Shown here in pieces: positions 36,734 through 46,580 of a stretch of DNA of 64,000 bases. Numbering within the stretch: position 1 is the stretch's first letter; each line of letters starts with the position of its first letter. The notes below the pieces were generated by a model. That model made no database searches. It worked only from the letters and a program-made list of their open reading frames with translations, and was not told where the DNA came from. Origin of the DNA: Klebsormidium nitens (Eukaryota > Plantae > Klebsormidiophyceae); NCBI GenBank assembly GCA_000708835.1, contig DF236969.1:1-64000 (forward strand). Direction: 5' to 3'. The translations under genes were made by a program, and so were the position numbers.

Positions 36734-39700
36734 CATCTACGTCGAGCGGCTCAAGCGCGAGTACAAGGTGGAAGCGACGGTTGGCAAGCCGCAGGTAAGA
36801 GAGTTCGTTGGAAACTTCTGCGTCCAGGTTCCCTGAGCACGGCGACTCAGATTAGTTTCTGCCCAGATTTCATGGAACTGATCACGGCGGATTCTCACGA
36901 GTGACGCTCAAGCGCGAGTACAAGGTGGAAGCAACGGTCGGCAAGCCGCAGGTGAGATTTGTTCTCCGATTCTTGATTTGAGGGTTTGTGGATTTAACGT
37001 GTACCCATTTGCGTCGGATTGTGTCAGTGCTGCGATCGATGAGGCTTCTTTTTGAAGGGCGTACGGGACTGCTTCGGGAACTTCCCGTCGAAGTTGTCAA
37101 GCGCGAGTACACGGGGGAGGCCACCGTCGGCAAGCCGCAGGTTATTAGCTACCCCTGTTCTACGGGGACGCTTTTGTGAGGTTCTATATTGTAATCTTGA
37201 TTGTTCTGTGTTGATTTCGCTACGGCGGCGAGAATAGAGTCTATTTTGGAGATCTACGGGTCCGATCCGGATGCAATGCCCGGCGACGTCTTCAAAGGCG
37301 AGTAGACGGTGGAAGCCTCCGTCAACAAGCCGCAGGTGAGAATTTGTTGCGAAGTCTGCGGGGGGATTGACGAGTTTGATTGTCTGGAGTGTATGGGACT
37401 GTTCCGGCAACTTCCATGGCTAAGTTCTCAAGCGCCAGTGCAATGTCGAAAGGTCGTAGGCAAGCGCCAGGTGAGATTTGTTCTCGGCGGACTTTTCCGG
37501 AGGGTTGGGGCGAGGATCTCGTGTAGAGATTGCGGATACAGACGGATTTGAAGGTTCTAAAAACCAGTCTATCAAACTTCAGGTGATTCTGACGTAAGCA
37601 TGAAGGGTTGGATCGTCGAACATTCGAGTTGTCAATCCTCCGGAGTTTCGCGTACGAGTCGAAGTTGAAGAGACCTTGAAAATCCACTAGGAAGCGAGAG
37701 TGTCTGGTCCTTTCTAGATTTTGCGAGACGCCACCGCTGCGCCACCTTCGTTGTTTTTCCCAGAAAGGGCTGTCGATTTCACACACCTTCAGTCCGTGAA
37801 AACCGAACAAAGACCGTAGAATAGTTTCCGTACCCAGCATACTGATCAGAAAAGAGCCGGGCGCAGCGCGGACTTGCGTCCCGGCCACAGGAACCGTTTG
37901 AGCCACTTGAACCACTCAATTCCGTACTCTCGGCATTCTGCGTCCAGACTATTGCTTCTTCCCGATCCTCTTCCGGAGGACTGATTCTGCTGCGCCGAGT
38001 CACTTCTCTGCCGAAGAAGCATTTGTGCTAAAGCCCCAGCATTTCAACCATCAATCCTCAAACTCCCATGTTATCCTCTTCTTCAGGTGAATTTCCGGGA
38101 ATCAGTGACGCGACGAGCCGAGTTTGACTACTTACACAAAAAGCAGTCGGGCGGGCAGGGCCAGTTCGGGCGGGTTATTGGATATTTGGAGCCGCTTCCG
38201 CGAGACCACCCCAAGAAAGTCGAGTTTGTGAACGAAATCATCGGGCAGGTGCGAATATTCCACTGCTCAGGCCCACCCTTTGAACTCCCTTTGCATCTAC
38301 TCGAGTCACGAGCGCTGGAGGATCTCGCGCTGTTGCATGCAATGTGATGCTTGCGGATGGCCGTCTTTGCGACCTTCAAACAACATGAAAGGAGTGTAGC
38401 ATTGGAGTGGCTCGCAACAATCGGTGCCCGTTCGCAAGCTTGTTAAACGTCGCTGTCTCAATGAATATCAAATCCCTGGAGCTGCCTTCGATCAAATGCC
38501 TGCGGTCTTTGCAATAGTTGTTTGCACTGAACGTTTTTTGCAATAGCGGCCTCCTGATTCTCCGCATCACACTTGCTAGCAACGGCTGACTTCTTCTATC
38601 ATTCGGCTGACGCAGGTGCTGACGCCATCCTGGGTGGCGGCTTGCGAGAAAGGGTTCCTGGAGGCGGCCAACTCCGGCACGCTGATCGGGCATCCGGTGG
38701 AGTATGTGCGGATCTGCTTGACGGACGCGGCGTCACATGCGGTGGACTCCAGCGAGCTGGCGTTCAAGCTGGCGTCAGTGTGAGTGTTCCGGGCCCGGGG
38801 ACGCAGAGTTGGCCTAGTTTTTCTCCATTTCCTTCTTATTTGTCGATATCCTAACCGCTATTGCACCTTCTGGGGACGCGGCGTTACACGCAGTGGACTC
38901 CGGCGAGCTGGCATTCAAGCTGGCGTCAGTGTGAGTTTTCCAGATCCCGGAGAAGCAAACTGTTTTGGTCTGTTCTACCTTTTCGTTCCCACTTTTGATT
39001 TAAGCAATCGCGGTTGCACCTTGCTGGGGATGCGGCGTCAAGCGCGGCGGACTTCAACGAGCGAGCAGCGTTTAAGCTGGCGTCTTGTGAGTGCTCTGGC
39101 GCCGGGAAATCATTCTGTCCATGTTGATTGTCCTTGGTTTGCACGGGCCCCCGTTTCTGTGGTTTCTCGGTCACGGGGCATCTCCGACTTTCTTCCGGGT
39201 TTCTTTTCCTCCTCCTTTTCTGTGCAAGTGAGTGGCTTTTGGTCTCACTTTCTCCCGAAAGATTTGCGCAGCTTTGTCATCTTGTTAACCGTTTTTTCAG
39301 GGCCTGGCCGCCGCTACAAGGGAAACAAACCATGTGGGTGGTCCGTTGACTCCACTCGCGCTTAACCCGAACTTGTGACAGCAAAGTTGACAGCACCTGA
39401 AACAAGACACAACAGGACCGCGCGAAGTCATCTGTGCGTCGTTGATCAACCCGGGTCGGAGAGCAAACACGTCATCCAAAGCTTGCATTTGACGATATCC
39501 TCAGCTTTGTCAAAGTGTATCCCTTCGCGATAACACTGATTAAGAGACGCGCCCGGCGTTTGAAGGTATACCTATACACAGTCCAGCAGGTCGGATCGCC
39601 CATGGACTGTCTTCACCAGCTCATACCCGCTTTTCAAACTTCTGCTAACCAACTCGCTAACCCTCGCCCTACTCCGTGCAGGTACCCGTTGCGACAATGT

Positions 39701-40812
39701 TACTCCAAGGCTTCGCTCATCATTTCTGGAGCCGTTGACGAACGTGCATACAAGTGCGCCCTGTAACCTTGCCCTTTGCCCGTCTTCTAACCACTTCTCA
39801 ACCCCTTGCTAACCCGCTCACTCTTGCCCGAACCCGTGTAGGTACGCGTTCCGGCAATGTTACTCGAAAGCATCGCCCATCATTTTGGAGCCGTTGATGA
39901 ACGTGGAGATCAAGGCGCCCCAGGAGTTCCAGGGCGCCGTGGTCAGCGGTGTGAATAGGCGGAAGGGCCTCATCGTCGGCAGCGAAACGGAGGGCGACGA
40001 TGTCGTCATCAATGCGCACGTAAGTGCTTTTTTCCCCCTCTAGTATGTGGGCGATTCTGAGATCTGGAGACAGAAGAAGTGTGAACATTGTCATTGTCAG
40101 GATGACGACATTGTCATTAATGCGCAAGTGAATAGTTGAGGATTCGGTTTGCGAGTGATCTGAAAGTTGGGAGGCAGAGAGGTGGGAACAGGCGCAAGAG
40201 TCTTGTGTCAGTTGCAGTAAGACGAAAGTAACGAAAGCGGCACGGGACCACCTAGAGCTTTTCTTTCTTGTGTTTCTAAGATTCAGGATGGGACGATATT
40301 GGAGAGGGCTTAAGGGCGGAAATATACTCTTGGTCATTGGCGGGGTATTCCGCTTTGTGGCCGGGTTGTAAATTGAGTCCGTAGTGCAGGCGCTCCTCAG
40401 TAGCTTTCAGGACTTTAGCTACTCCTTTCGATTGTGTGGTGTTGCTCCTTAGCACACTTTCGTGCTCGAACATTCAAGCCGCAGACTACGATTTTGCCAG
40501 AAGAATGGTTGCATGTGGCGGCTCAAAAGGCTCCTGAAGGGGCCTTGTTGCAACCCGTTCCTACTTTTGCCTGTAGATTGACACATGTCTGCTTCGCTCC
40601 TTGGTCCTAGGTGAAGGTTAAAGTTCCGGCACACTGACTGGTATTCTGCATTCTTGCAGGTTCCGTTGAACAACATGTTTGGCTATTCGACCGACCTCCG
40701 GTCGACCACACAAGGCAAGGGCGAGTTTACGATGGAGTACATGGACCACCAACCGGTAACGAGGGACGTTCAAGAGCAGCTTGTGAAGGCGCACTCTCAA
40801 GCAAGCGAGTGA
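28840..40812 (+). CDS. MEFG1: Mitochondrial elongation factor G1; 14 exons, 779 aa
   Basis: Exons 28840-29007, 29233-29310, 30053-30178, 30753-30885, 31615-31819, 32665-32932, 34020-34187, 34967-35134, 35473-35670, 36624-36794, 38087-38248, 38616-38779, 39842-40019, 40660-40812 (sum 2340 nt). Motifs [70 protein letters not shown] and [13 protein letters not shown]; Arg/Ser-rich presequence. Confidence 0.97.
32241..32664 (+). repeat. Three echoes of the EF-G exon 6 acceptor junction (fainter remnants near 31872 and 32025)
   Basis: Copies of (A)ACGAAGCTCCGGCACAACTGC start at 32246, 32375 and 32521; live exon at 32665. ttCTGAC branch motifs precede the 32375, 32521 and live acceptors. Confidence 0.95.
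33215..34019 (+). repeat. Five echoes of the EF-G exon 7 acceptor junction
   Basis: CAG|GCYGC..ATTC copies start at 33240, 33390, 33560, 33717 and 33879; live exon at 34020; spacing 141-170 bp. Confidence 0.95.
34635..34966 (+). repeat. Two echoes of the EF-G exon 8 acceptor junction
   Basis: CAG|GT(G/T)CC.CT..TTCAAGCTGGAGGAGGG copies at 34666 and 34819; live exon at 34967; spacing 153 and 148 bp. Confidence 0.95.
36315..37480 (+). repeat. EF-G exon 10 flanked by two acceptor echoes upstream and four donor echoes downstream
   Basis: CAG|TTTTC copies at 36351 and 36461 (live 36624). AAGCCGCAG|GT-type copies end at 36951, 37140, 37335 and 37470 (live 36794). Confidence 0.95.
37575..38086 (+). 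repeat. Faint echoes of the EF-G exon 11 5' region
   Basis: cgcgtacgagtcgaagttga (~37651) vs cgcgacgagccgagtttga; aaaagagccgggcgcagcgcg...tttgagccactt (~37849-37908) vs aaaagcagtcgggcgggcagggcc...tttggagccgctt; ttccgga...gccgagtcact..aagaagca (~37971-38020). Confidence 0.55.
38780..39235 (+). repeat. Donor echoes downstream of EF-G exon 12 (two clear, one faint)
   Basis: AAGCTGGCGTCAGT|GTGAG-type ends at 38931 and 39086, faint GCAA|GTGAGT at ~39227; live end 38779; spacing 152, 155 and ~141 bp. Confidence 0.9.
39505..40135 (+). repeat. Acceptor echo(es) upstream and a donor echo downstream of EF-G exon 13
   Basis: cag|gtacccgttgcgacaatgttactccaaggc (39682) vs tag|gtacgcgttccggcaatgttactcgaaagc (39842); gatgacgacattgtcattaatgcgcaa|gtgaat (ends 40127) vs ggcgacgatgtcgtcatcaatgcgcac|gtaagt (ends 40019). 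Confidence 0.85.
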
Positions 40813-41427
40813 AGTTTCCAACAATCTTTCGCTAGTGTCGGTACAGTCTCATCTCGAGACAACTGTCAATTGGTCGTCTCTAATATGTGAACGAAGAAAG
40901 AGTCCTTCTGCTAGTCCTTGTGTCCAAGCGATTCACTTCTCGGATTCTGGTCAAAAGCTCTCTCCTCTGGCGAGAATGCTTAATCCCCTCCATGTGACGT
41001 TGCCGGCCATACCATTTTAAGGAAGAGGTCACTCAATACAAAAAAATAGACGAACAGTACGTGGGCTCATACCGTTTACTGCAGCTTAGCACCTGATATG
41101 CTCAGTGCTCATGTGCGTATCAGGGCAGCTGGCCAGACTGCCAGGGAGGAGTGAGAAACCTTCGTACTCGCTGCATTGCAACCGTCAATACCCCCATCTG
41201 TGCAGTACCGCGTATTAAAGCACGTACTGCGCTTCGATCCACATTTCCGCGCACATAGGTCAGCGAAGTTGACCAGGCTGGTTACAGCTCCTCCCGACCA
41301 ACCTGCCAATTTTTGGGTCATCTAAATTAGACTAATCTCACTCATCTACAGACTGACTAGGTTACTCGGATATTTTCATAAAACTAGCAGGTTGCTCGGA
41401 AGAAGCTGTAGTCTCAGTGGTTTATGT

Positions 41428-41517
41428 TAGGTAGTAGAGTGACAGAGACCGTTAATATAGTAAACGGTCGTATAGGTAGTAGAGTGACAGAGACCGTTAA
41501 TATAGTAAACGGTCGTA
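41428..41517. repeat. Perfect 45-bp tandem duplication, each unit containing a hairpin
   Basis: TAGGTAGTAGAGTGACAGAGACCGTTAATATAGTAAACGGTCGTA x2; GACCGTT/AACGGTC 7-bp stem. Confidence 0.97.
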
Positions 41518-42093
41518 CCTGCGACATCATTGTCCTACCTCGGAATGTCCTCATCGTCAATAAAGCGGGCGGCTGTGTATGACCTCGTCAGACGCCAAGT
41601 GGCACTTTCCCATGATTGCCCGGTCCTAGCTGGCGGAATCCGCGGGTATCTACTGGTAGTACAACCGTAGTACTAGCGCCGGCGGCCGAACGCCAGCACT
41701 CTGGCTTTCAAGTTTCCGAAAGCTGCCACCTTGTGACCTATAATATACGGTAAGAGAAGGTAGGAGGGACTTGAAGTTACCTAGAAGCCAGTTCCTACCG
41801 GTGACATTGTTTGCTGGTTTTGTAGGTAAGGTTTACATACCTATTCAGATCATCTGACATTTGTCCGGCCAGTCCAACGGATGTCGGATGCCAATAGAAC
41901 ATGTTTTGCTATTAGTCAGGTTGACAACTCTTCGAAGTAAGGACCTAAGTCTCCTCTCAATCTGGCAATTGTGCTCTTCTTGAGTTGCCCCCACGCAACA
42001 ATCCAATCTTCGTTCACCCAATCGAAGCCACACCCTTCCTGATAACCAACATCAACCCCTAGGCTTTTCTTTCCAAAGCTCCCGCACGCCAAC

Positions 42094-45000
42094 ATGGCGG
42101 CCACTTCGTTGCTGCTCGTGGTTGCGGTCTCTTTCAGCTTTCTCGTCGCCCTAGTTGCTGGGCAGGGCTGCACAAGCGCGGGCGTCTGCGGAGCTGCCAG
42201 CTGTGGTGCAGGTCTCAACCCCTGCTACAACGGAACGGGCAACCAGCTGACTTGTTGCACTTCACCGTGAGTGAGAGCTGCTTTTCATTTTGCGCCACAA
42301 CCTGGTGTCTTGTATGAGCTGGACACATGCCAGTTGAGGCGATTCGTTACAAGCTTGACACCTGCATTGCAAGAAGGTTTCTAGTGTAATCAGGACCTTG
42401 TCAATTGTAGCTTTAGCTTGAAGATGAGGGTTCTCTTTCACAATGTTGCCAGGAGACAGGGATGCATGACCAGAGCTCCTTTGTACACCTGCCAACTTCT
42501 TTGAGATTCTTGGAAGGCAAGTTGATAACTCCACAACCACCTGAGAAGCCGAGAAGGCTGCGGACTTTCGATCTGAAAGTGACCGGGCTTCTAGAATTCA
42601 TCACAATTCGCCCCTTTACCTTGAGCTTCCGATGTCAAAAGTGGAGCCAGGAAGTAGGAGCCAAGGGAGAAGCCAGAGTAGAATGGGAAAGAAAGAATTG
42701 CAGAACTCTTCCAAAAAGAGCTTTGGTTGAGGGTCTGCCGACGGGGTCACACTTGAGCGGTGCCTATCAGCTCGTTGCCTTGCATGCAGCTCGGATGTTG
42801 ACAGAAGCTACATTATAGGCCCCATCAGGTCCGACTTGGAACTCCTCAAAACGGCCTCCATTTACCGTTGCAGATCCTTTGACAATCGTACTCCACCTTC
42901 ATTCAAAGGCAACAATCCAAATTATCTGCTTTCCTAGAAATGCTCTGAATTTGCACCTTCTACGGAAGCAGAGACTTTCGATAATCACTGAGGCAAACCG
43001 AAATCTTTGCTTGGCAGGTGTGGCAGCTGTGACCTGACATCTGGGAACGCCACAAGGCCAGTGAGTGCATATCCTATCCCATATTCTTCTGTTTATGCTT
43101 TTCCATCTCTTGAGCTAGTCCAGATACACAAGCTTTGGCCCAAGTCACCATAGCTTGAAGCAGACAAAGACGAAGGGTGTTTATGGTCGTAATTTGTTAC
43201 ACCTCTCAAATAGGAACTCTTGCAGATTGAGTTCTGGATCACAAGAATGAAGCATGTTTTGCTTTCAAAAGGACAGAAGCGCCAAATTCAGAGTTGCGGG
43301 CTCACTATCTTCCCAAATGCAGATTGCAGCCGTTTTCAAGTGTAGCCCAAAAGACCCCCTTCTTTCTGAACCGCCTCCACTGATGTCAACAGAAGTTCAG
43401 GACACTACCTTTTGCCGTCAGCCTCCTCGATAACAGTCAAAATCCGCAACTACATCTAAACAGAGATTTTCCCCTCTCTGCACCAAGAATCAAAACCTGG
43501 ATCGTTCATAATCCAGGTAATTCATGTAGGAACGGAAACGCTTCACTTTCTTTCAAGTGCCATCACTGTTGACTACGAGGCCCTCTCTCAGGTTGGCAAT
43601 GAAGTCGACTCCTTGCCTGCTTGCAAACCGGAATGAATTCCATACAAGAATTTTCTGTGGTGCAGACCCTCACTGTGTACGCTGTTTTCAACGCGTCCGA
43701 CGCTGGCGCCAGCTGTGCAAACCAGACGTCCGCTCCCGGTGGTGGCACCCGGTTTGCCGACTCATGTGTCTACTAGTAAGCTGTCAGCTGCTTATGCTCG
43801 CACGGAACTTGGGACACAGCTAACTGTGGTCGGTTAAGGCCTGGTTAGGAAGTCGTCTTGTGTTCAACGACCAGTCAGTGGTGATCGGAGTGGTTTCAAC
43901 TGCCTGTTTCTTTGTTCAGAAAGCCGCTCCCGGCTGATTCTTAGCACACATTACCGGATTGAGCAAGAAAAGTCTATTCACCTGTTTGCGTCGTTCCACC
44001 CAACAGGCACGTCAGGTTTCTTCTATTTGTAACACAGGCTTTCGAGTCGATCAGTTCCGAACGCTGAGCTCGTGCCAAAAATCTAGAGCCCGTCGGGGCG
44101 GGGGTCGAAGCAGCTGTTCCGCGTAACTTCTCGTATTAGGCAACTGATCGCTGCTTCGATAGTATTTTCACGTGCGTTCGAGAAGGCTGGGCCAAAATTG
44201 CTTCAGAGACGCGAGCTTCTGTGTTCGGAGCGTGCTTTGCATCCAAAGCTTAGCACCCGGATGTCTGCTTCCTCGGCTTCCGGCCTTTTTCCTTGTGTAG
44301 TCCTGGTTGCGTGAATGTCACGTGAACATGCATGGTTTCGTTTCCTATCAAATGCAAAGCCAGTAGAAGGGCCAAACCCGTGACCTTAACAATGCTTCGG
44401 CCTCCACCTGTTCTGCCGCTCCAATGCTTCTACGTGTCCGGAACATGACGCACTCGTCTGCTGCCACGTGTCCAGCACGCCTTTGCTCGACGCGAACCGG
44501 ACCGTGATCGGCAACTTCGGCGCCAATGAACAGGTCATCATTGAGAACGGGGCGCGCGTGCTGACTCACCAAACCCTGTTCTTTGGCAACAACTCGGCGA
44601 CTGCCACGCCCGATACGATCAACTGTTTGGGCCAAGCTTGGAGCCAAGTAAGCCTCACTCCTTCGACCTGATCAGCACCACCATGAAGACTATAAGCCGT
44701 TTAATGACTGAACTAATCTGACGGAGGGGGAGAGTACAGAATTTTCATTGAGGTTTTGTTGAGAGGGATTGCTGGAAGGACCTGATTGACGTGGACTAAA
44801 CGTTCGTAGTTTTTTGTCGGAGGAGTCGTATGATGTCAAGCCTGCTTAGTTTTCTTTTCTCGAAATATGATCTCAGATTCACGAGGCCTTTGCCTGCAAC
44901 AGGCGGATGTTTGCTGTGAGCTTAGGATTGGTGTGGGCGGAATAGCTGAACTCACAGCAAAGCTTGTTGCGTCAGCGTCCCTTCCCGCTACTGAATTCAA

Positions 45001-45441
45001 AAACGTTTACCTGTCCGCAATATCGTTTCCGTCACAGCTCGTACTCCGCTGCCTTTCGATTTGCGCAAATTGGCGCCTCAAACCGCTGATGCGATGTCCG
45101 AAAACGAAGGAAGACACTTCCGAAAGGAGACTTCTGAACCTGGGTCATATGACACGGGACACTTCAAAACGGGACGGCATATTGCTCCAGCGTGCTTGGT
45201 CCTTCTGGCTGGATCCTTATCAAAGTCCATCACGCTTGCATGTGCACTCACCACTATCTGTATGCTGACGTGTGTGCTGACGTTTCTCCTTATTCCTTGC
45301 CAGCCCTTCCAAGTGGCCATCGTCGGCGGCACTGGGAAGTACGCAGGAGCGAGAGGCTATTACGTGTCGCCCGCCCCAACCAGCGAAACAGTCGGAAACA
45401 CTACTGTCACGTACTTCCAAAAGAATCTGTACCTCTTTTGA
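42094..45441 (+). CDS. Secreted protein A: signal peptide + Cys-rich module + AOC/dirigent-like barrel (middle exon junctions not fully resolved)
   Basis: Exons 42094-42266, 43018-43060, ~43517-43591, 44476-44647, 45304-45441. MAATSLLLVVAVSFSFLVALVAG leader; TPLLDANRTVIG; QTLFFG; VAIVGGTGKYAGARG matches the GGTG.F.GA.G motif of dirigent/AOC-like barrels; several N-x-S/T sequons. Confidence 0.7.
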
Positions 45442-46580
45442 GACGTCCAATGATTTAACACTGGCTCCAAACTTTTTTTTGCTACGCAAACGGGGTAGTA
45501 GATTTTGAACGTGCTGCCGCCCAGGTTGAGAAAGCTTCGATCTGGTTTAGGAGTCGTCAAATGGTAGAGGCTTCGAAAACGTACAGCTTGTTTCTTGTAG
45601 TGCTGGCTAGCGCAAGTTTTGTAAGTTCGAGCACACTAGTGCAGAGAATAGGGCACGCTCAATCTGTAGAGTCACGCGCGCTGCTGCCATCTAGGCCGCT
45701 TAGTAAACAGGCTTCAACGAGTCAAAGCGCAGCAATCTTTGATCGCTTCGCAAGTTCGTTCGACCAGACGTTTACTTTCTCCGCACACCGTGTCGCCGCA
45801 AGATCGGGCAGAGTTCCTTCTCTTTGCTCTCTGGCTTATCCGACAAGGGCGCTCCTCACTTGCGCCAGAGCCCAACTCCAACCATGCTGATCATGCAAGC
45901 GCGGTTTCAGTTTAACGTTCGAAGGTCGGGACCAAAAGCATCATAATCGGAGGTCCGTGTACATGCATATGCCGTGCGATCATGACGGCGGCGGGTTCGT
46001 GCAGGCATGCGTGCCTACGTACATATCTCATCAAGGAACAACTGTACAATTGCATGTGCACCTACCTTCCAGTCCTCATCCATATACAAAGATGCAACTC
46101 TTTATTAAGAGTTGAATCTTGAATGCACTTATGTTGAGTTCGTACGATGCACTGAGACCCATATACGGCGAAAGTGCTACAAGGTCGTGCAACTAGTGCA
46201 ACAGACCACATGCTAGTGCGCTTGTGTCCGGGAACTCTAAGTTGCCTAGGTGAGTGAAGTGACGCGTTAAGAGGTTATGGCGAACGCTTGGATCAATCCG
46301 GCCTGATTTATCATTGGCCAGTCTTAAATCGAGTGAAGCTGGAGGGCCCTCGAAGCAACGGCAGTCAATGTCTAGCTAGAAGATTTCAACCACTGGTGTG
46401 CCAATGAGAGCCCGGCGCTAGTACTGACCGCCGACGTATGTGGACAGATCACGGAGAGCGTGAGAGTCGAGACGAGTTCTAAATTTGACGCAAAAAGCGA
46501 TACGCTTTGATATGCCAATATCCATATGCCATGGATTCAGGCACAGCTGTCTTCTCTCGAACGCTTCCATATGAGAGCGT

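Noticed and set aside
32241-37480. Echo arrays read as Dscam-like mutually exclusive exon clusters
   Set aside because: Each echo has only one splice site (acceptor or donor), is truncated, and usually has a stop or frameshift, so it cannot replace the live exon.
45561-45890. 109-aa ORF with a signal-peptide-like start
   Set aside because: No recognisable motif or paralogy; lies between convergent 3' ends; needs expression data.
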